Shown: positions 59,491 to 64,000 of the stretch, piece after piece | Numbering within the stretch: the stretch's first letter is position 1 | Layout: each line of letters begins with the position of its first letter | From: Macrostomum hystrix | Taxonomy: Eukaryota > Animalia > Platyhelminthes | Assembly (NCBI GenBank): GCA_950097015.1 | Contig: CATNEN010000011.1 | Coordinates: 1,798,001 to 1,862,000, forward strand | Length of the DNA: 64,000 nt | Reading direction: 5' to 3' | Program-made: the position numbers and the translations under genes | Notes under the pieces: model-generated | Database searches by the model: none | Seen by the model: only the letters and a program-made list of their open reading frames with translations | What the model was told of the DNA's origin: nothing

Positions 59491-61293
59491 TACGTAGGGT
59501 GTCCCAGAAATAGCGGGAAAAAATCGAGGCACAGGCAAACTGGTGAAACATAGTTTATTGAAACTCACGTCACTGATGAATAAACATTCAGCAGTTCTAA
59601 CGCTTTTTTAATCAAGTAAACATGTCAATTCATTAAAAAGTTATGGCTAAAATTAGAACAAGGGGTAAGGGTTAGAGTTACACCAAATCAAGGCCAGCGG
59701 AATCGGTCACGCAGCATCGCCATCGCCGTCGACTGAAGACTTTTCGACGAAGTCCCCACTTAGCTCGCAGCACTTAGTCCATCGCGTGAGAAGCGCATTG
59801 ATGGCATCTGCATAAGCTCGACGCGGAATTTCGTGCAGCAGAACCCGCCTGACTTCTCATTCCAAGTTGTCGCGATGGTCGAAGATGCTTAAAGAAACCC
59901 CGCAGGTGCTTCTTTAACTGAGGGAAAATTGCGTAGTCGCAAGGAGCCAAGTCTGGTGAGTAGGGCAGGTGCGCAAGCAGATCAAGTTCGTTGAGTTCTT
60001 TGATACGATCAAGCGTTTTCTTGGCCGTGCGAGGTCGAGCGTTGCCGTGCAACAGGAGGTGAGGCTTCATCGCAGTCTTGCACTTGTTGCGGATGTCTGA
60101 TTTCAGCTTAGTCAGCGTCTCCGTGTACCGGTCCGAGTTAATCGTGCTGTTAAGCTCAAGGAAGTCGATGGTCTGGGGACCTTTTTGATCGAAGAAAAGG
60201 GTCAACATGATCTTCTTGCAGTGCTGGTCTCGCTTTGCCTTCACAGGTGGATCTGAACCCTTCAACGCCCACGCCTTGCTTTCCTGCTTGGTCTCAGGGT
60301 CAAAGTGTGGTATCCAGGTTTCATCGCCGGTCACCAGATAGGGTCGGAAACTCCCATCCACAACATCACGCACCAGCTCAAGATTCTCCCTGCAGGACTT
60401 CATTCTTACAGTTTTTATTTCTTCTGTCAACAAACGGGGCACCCATCTCGCCGTCAGTTTCACAATACCAAGATCCACAGACAAGATCCGATGAATTGAA
60501 GTTTTTGGACTTTCCAGTCGATCCGCCAACTCTTTTGCAGTCAAACGGGGATTTGCCTGTACGATTTCCTTCACCCTTCCTTCACCATCAGTGCCTTTGT
60601 TGATGGAGAGATCGGACGGCCAAGGTTGGCTGTGTCATCGGCAACGTCTGTTCGCCCATGACTGAACTCTTCAAGCCAGCGATAGACAGCACTCATCAAG
60701 ATGGCACTCACTCGGTGGATTTCAGTCAGCTGGCTTACAATTTCACTGCCTCGCTTGCCCAATTTCCATTGAGAGTACACGAACTGGCGCTGACCTTCTT
60801 TGGACGAAACGCTAAGCATTGAACGATTGAACAAGGGAAAATGAAAAAAAATCCAAACTCAACAGCGGCGTCCTGTCGAGGCGCACAAAATGTCGATATT
60901 CGCGATGTCTCGAGCTTGCTGACGTTGGTGCCACGGGTATTTCTTGCGTCAGCTTCTGCTTCTTTTGATTCTGGTGCTCACGCTTCTCTGCTCGTCTGTT
61001 GCCTTTTTCTGCTTCTGTTCACTGATGCTTCTGCTCATTTTCTTCTGTCGCAAAAATTTTGTCTCAGGACAAACTTAGGTTGGGGCCTTGACTTGGTGAA
61101 ACTCTACCCCTTACCCCTTGTTCTAATTTTAGTTATAACTTTTTAATGAATTGAAATATTTACTTGATTCAAAAAGCCTTTGAACTGCTGAATGTTTATT
61201 TATCAGTGACCTGAGTTTCAATAAAATATGTTTCACCAGTTTGCCTGTGCATCGATTTTTCCAGCTACGAGTATTTCTGGGACACCTCTCGTA
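59491..61293 (-). mobile_element. Defective mariner (Tc1/mariner) DNA transposon with ~200-bp TIRs and TA TSDs
   Basis: TIRs 59493-59695 and 61085-61291 (ta|cgtagggtgtcccagaaa vs tttctgggacacctctcg|ta). Transposase split between ORFs 60571-60834 (HTH) and 59774-60574: WVPRLL, TGDETW, HGNARP (catalytic D to G), YSPDLAPCDY. Confidence 0.92.
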
Positions 61294-61700
61294 GTTCCGA
61301 TTCCTACTGCGATTCTAGTTCCGATTCCTACTGCGATTCTAGTTCCGATTCCTACTGCGATTCTAGTTCCGATTCCTACTGCGATTCTAGTTCCGATTCC
61401 TACTGCGATTCTAGTTCCGATTCCTACTGCGATTCTAGTTCCGATTCCTACTGCGATTCTAGTTCCGATTCCTACTGCGATTCTAGTTCCGATTCCTACT
61501 GCGATTCTAGTTCCGATTCCTACTGCGATTCTAGTTCCGATTCCTACTGCGATTCTAGTTCCGATTCCTACTGCGATTCTAGTTCCGATTCCTACTGCGA
61601 TTCTAGCTTCGATTCCTACTGCGATTCTAGTTCCGATTCCTACTGCGATTCTAGTTCCGATTCCTACTGCGATTCTAGCTTCGATTCCTACTGCATCTCT
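61294..61700. repeat. 24-bp minisatellite (gttccgattcctactgcgattcta) abutting the mariner end
   Basis: About 16 units starting at the TA after the right TIR. Confidence 0.93.
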
Positions 61701-62089
61701 AGCTTCGATTCCAACAGATTTTTGCTTCGATTCCTACTGCGATTTTAGCTTCGATTCCATATTCGATCCGATTGCAATTCGATAACTGGTAGCTAATTAT
61801 GTTTATTTTCATTTAGTTGAACATTTTGTTGCTTTCATGACATCAAATTAGGATTTTTACCTCAAAAGTTCAAAACACAGTTATAAAATTATTAGAAAAA
61901 TATACAAGAACAGGTAACTACAAAACTGAAGCAGAGTGGACAGAAGTGTTTATTGCAGCTTTGTAGCAAAAACAAATGAAAATATTTGATAAGCGAGTAC
62001 ATAAATGAGACATGAATTTAGATCAGCTGGTAATTATTAAGAACAAAGAATTATGATTTAAACTATTCTTACAACATTTACAACAAAAA

Positions 62090-62325
62090 GATCCCAATAC
62101 GACTTAAGATCCCCATAGGACTCTAGATCCCAATAGGACTCAAGATCCCAATAGGACTCAAGATCCCGATAGGACTCAGGATCCCAATAGGCCTCAAGTT
62201 TCCAATAGGACTCAAGATCCCAATAGGACTCAAGATCCCGATAGGACTCAAGATCCCAATAGGACTCAAGATCCCGATAGGACTCAGGATCCCAATAGGC
62301 CTCAAGTTTCCAATAGGACTCAAGC
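62090..62325. repeat. 18-bp minisatellite (ataggactcaagatccca)
   Basis: Direct tandem repetition. Confidence 0.9.
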
Positions 62326-62427
62326 TTAGAAATTGGGCTTAAAAAACAGAACGAATGATATTGCACACGAACAAGTTCCAATATTAGCCACTCGAACATA
62401 GAGCAGTTAAAAATGACCTACTGTTGC

Positions 62428-64000
62428 TCAGCTGGTTAAACCTGTTTGCTCAGGCTGTTTAACTGCCCATCTCTGATTATCTGCAATAGCAGTGGGAGCA
62501 GGTCTGCTAGAGAACACAACAGGTTCTCTACGAGGCATCGCTTCCACTTGACCCGTCTCGACAGCCGTCGCTGACGCAGCAGCTTCATCCAGACGATTCT
62601 TCAGCTGACGAAGCTCTTCAGTCTCCCAAGCCAGGGTTCGAACTCTGAAATACGTCTGTTGCTGCTGCTGCTCATCGGATACAACTCCCTCACTTTCGGC
62701 GTTAACTTCATCGTCGGAACTAGTGTAGTCGCGGTTGAGAACGGCTGATTCGATTTTCAATCGGGTAGCATTGTCCAGCTGGGATTTGATTGATTCATAG
62801 GCCCGTTGACGACGGTTGAGCTTCTGCAGGATGGGATATTCTAGTGTGACAATCAATTGCAATTATGGGATATTCTAGTGTGACAATCAATCACAACTAT
62901 GGGATATTCTAGTTTGACAATCAATCACAAATATGACAATGAGATGACTGAGGTTACATAAGAATGGTGTGGGGTATTAGAATGGTGTGGGGTATTAGAA
63001 TGGGTGTGGGGTATTAGAATGAGTGTGGGGTATTAGAATGGGTGTGGGGTATTAGAATGGTGTGGGGTATTAGAATGAATGTGGGGTATTAGAATGGGTG
63101 AGGGGTATTAGAATGGTGTGGGGTATTAAAATGGGTGTGGGGTATTAGAATGGGTGAGGGGTATTAGAATGGGTGTGGGGTATTAGAATGGGCGTGGGGT
63201 ATTAGAATGAGTGTGGGGTATTAGAATGGGTGTGGGGTATTAGAATGGTGTGGGGTATTAGAATGGGTGTGGGGTATTAGAATGAGTGTGGGGTATTAGA
63301 ATGGGCGTGGGGTATTAGAATGAGTGTGGGGTATTAGAATGAGTGTGGGGTATTAGAATGGTGTGGGGTATTAGAATGGGCGTGGGGTATTAGAATGGGT
63401 GTGGGGTATTAGAATGGGCGTGGGGTATTAGAATGAGTGTGGGGTATTAGAATGGGTGTGGGGTATTAGAATGGTGTGGGGTATTAGAATGGGTGTGGGG
63501 TATTAGAATGGTGTGGGGTATTAGAATGGGTGTGGGGTATTAGAATGAGTGTGGGGTATTAGAATGGGTGTGGGGTATTAGAATGGTGTGGGGTATTAGA
63601 ATGGGTGTGGGGTATTAGAATGGGTGAGGGGTATTAGAATGGTGTGGGGTATTAAAATGGGTGTGGGGTATTAGAATGGATGAGGGGTATTAGAATGGGT
63701 GTGGGGTATTAGAATGGGTGTGGGGTATTAGAATGAGTGTGGGGTATTAGAATGGGTGTGGGGTATTAGAATGGTGTGGGGTATTAGAATGAATGTGGGG
63801 TATTAGAATGGTGTGGGGTATTAGAATGGGTGTGGGGTATTAGAATGGGTGTGGGGTATTAGAATGGGTGTGGGGTATTAGAATGGTGTGGGGTATTAGA
63901 ATGGTGTGGGGTATTAGAATGGGTGTGGGGTATTAGAATGGGCGTGGGATATTTGCTGTTTGGGCAGCACTCACGGACTGCAGTCTAATCAGAGCAGAAA
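62428..64000 (-). CDS. 3' end of a second C14orf93-like paralogue (exon fragment 64000-63975, last exon 62823-62428); 5'-partial
   Basis: catcctgcag|KLNRRQRAY...LNRDYTSSDDE...FRVRTLAWETEELRQLKNRLDEA...SSRPAP...WA aligns by eye with the last exon of the 54491 gene and has the same phase-0 intron position; tcc|gtgagt donor at 63974. Confidence 0.68.
62960..63950. repeat. 18/19-bp G-rich minisatellite (gaatgggtgtggggtatta)
   Basis: Direct tandem repetition. Confidence 0.95.

Noticed and set aside
18982-63950. Regular arrays as possible CRISPR loci
   Set aside because: Units are contiguous with no unique spacers, no cas genes, eukaryotic context.

Overview
Spliced eukaryotic (metazoan) genomic DNA, not prokaryotic. 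Introns are packed with 14-53 bp minisatellites and tRNA-derived SINEs, a style that suggests a free-living flatworm such as Macrostomum lignano (inference only). Five genes can be reconstructed by hand from GT-AG junctions and reading-frame continuity. (1) The 3' part of a vitellogenin-type large lipid transfer protein (+, 1-5565). (2) A 4-exon TRAF (+, 12949-16361). (3) A 39-exon gene on the minus strand (51661-18261) that the ORF track shows only as scraps. It encodes a ~2106-aa secreted, very basic protein: signal peptide, 37 strictly alternating 3-Cys/5-Cys modules on symmetric phase-1 exons, then vWD-C8-TIL-ShK-ShK. (4, 5) Two tandem paralogues with a C14orf93-like C-terminal domain (59333-54491 complete; a second truncated by the window end). 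Mobile DNA includes a defective mariner with ~200-bp TIRs, three LINE 3' fragments (one with RNase H), two SINE families, MITE-like palindromes and a Helitron-like end. The most striking signals are the modular adhesive/mucus-like protein and several minisatellites that visibly amplify functional sites: a 3' splice site, a SINE A-box and AP-1 motifs. No database searches were run; family calls come from motif recognition.
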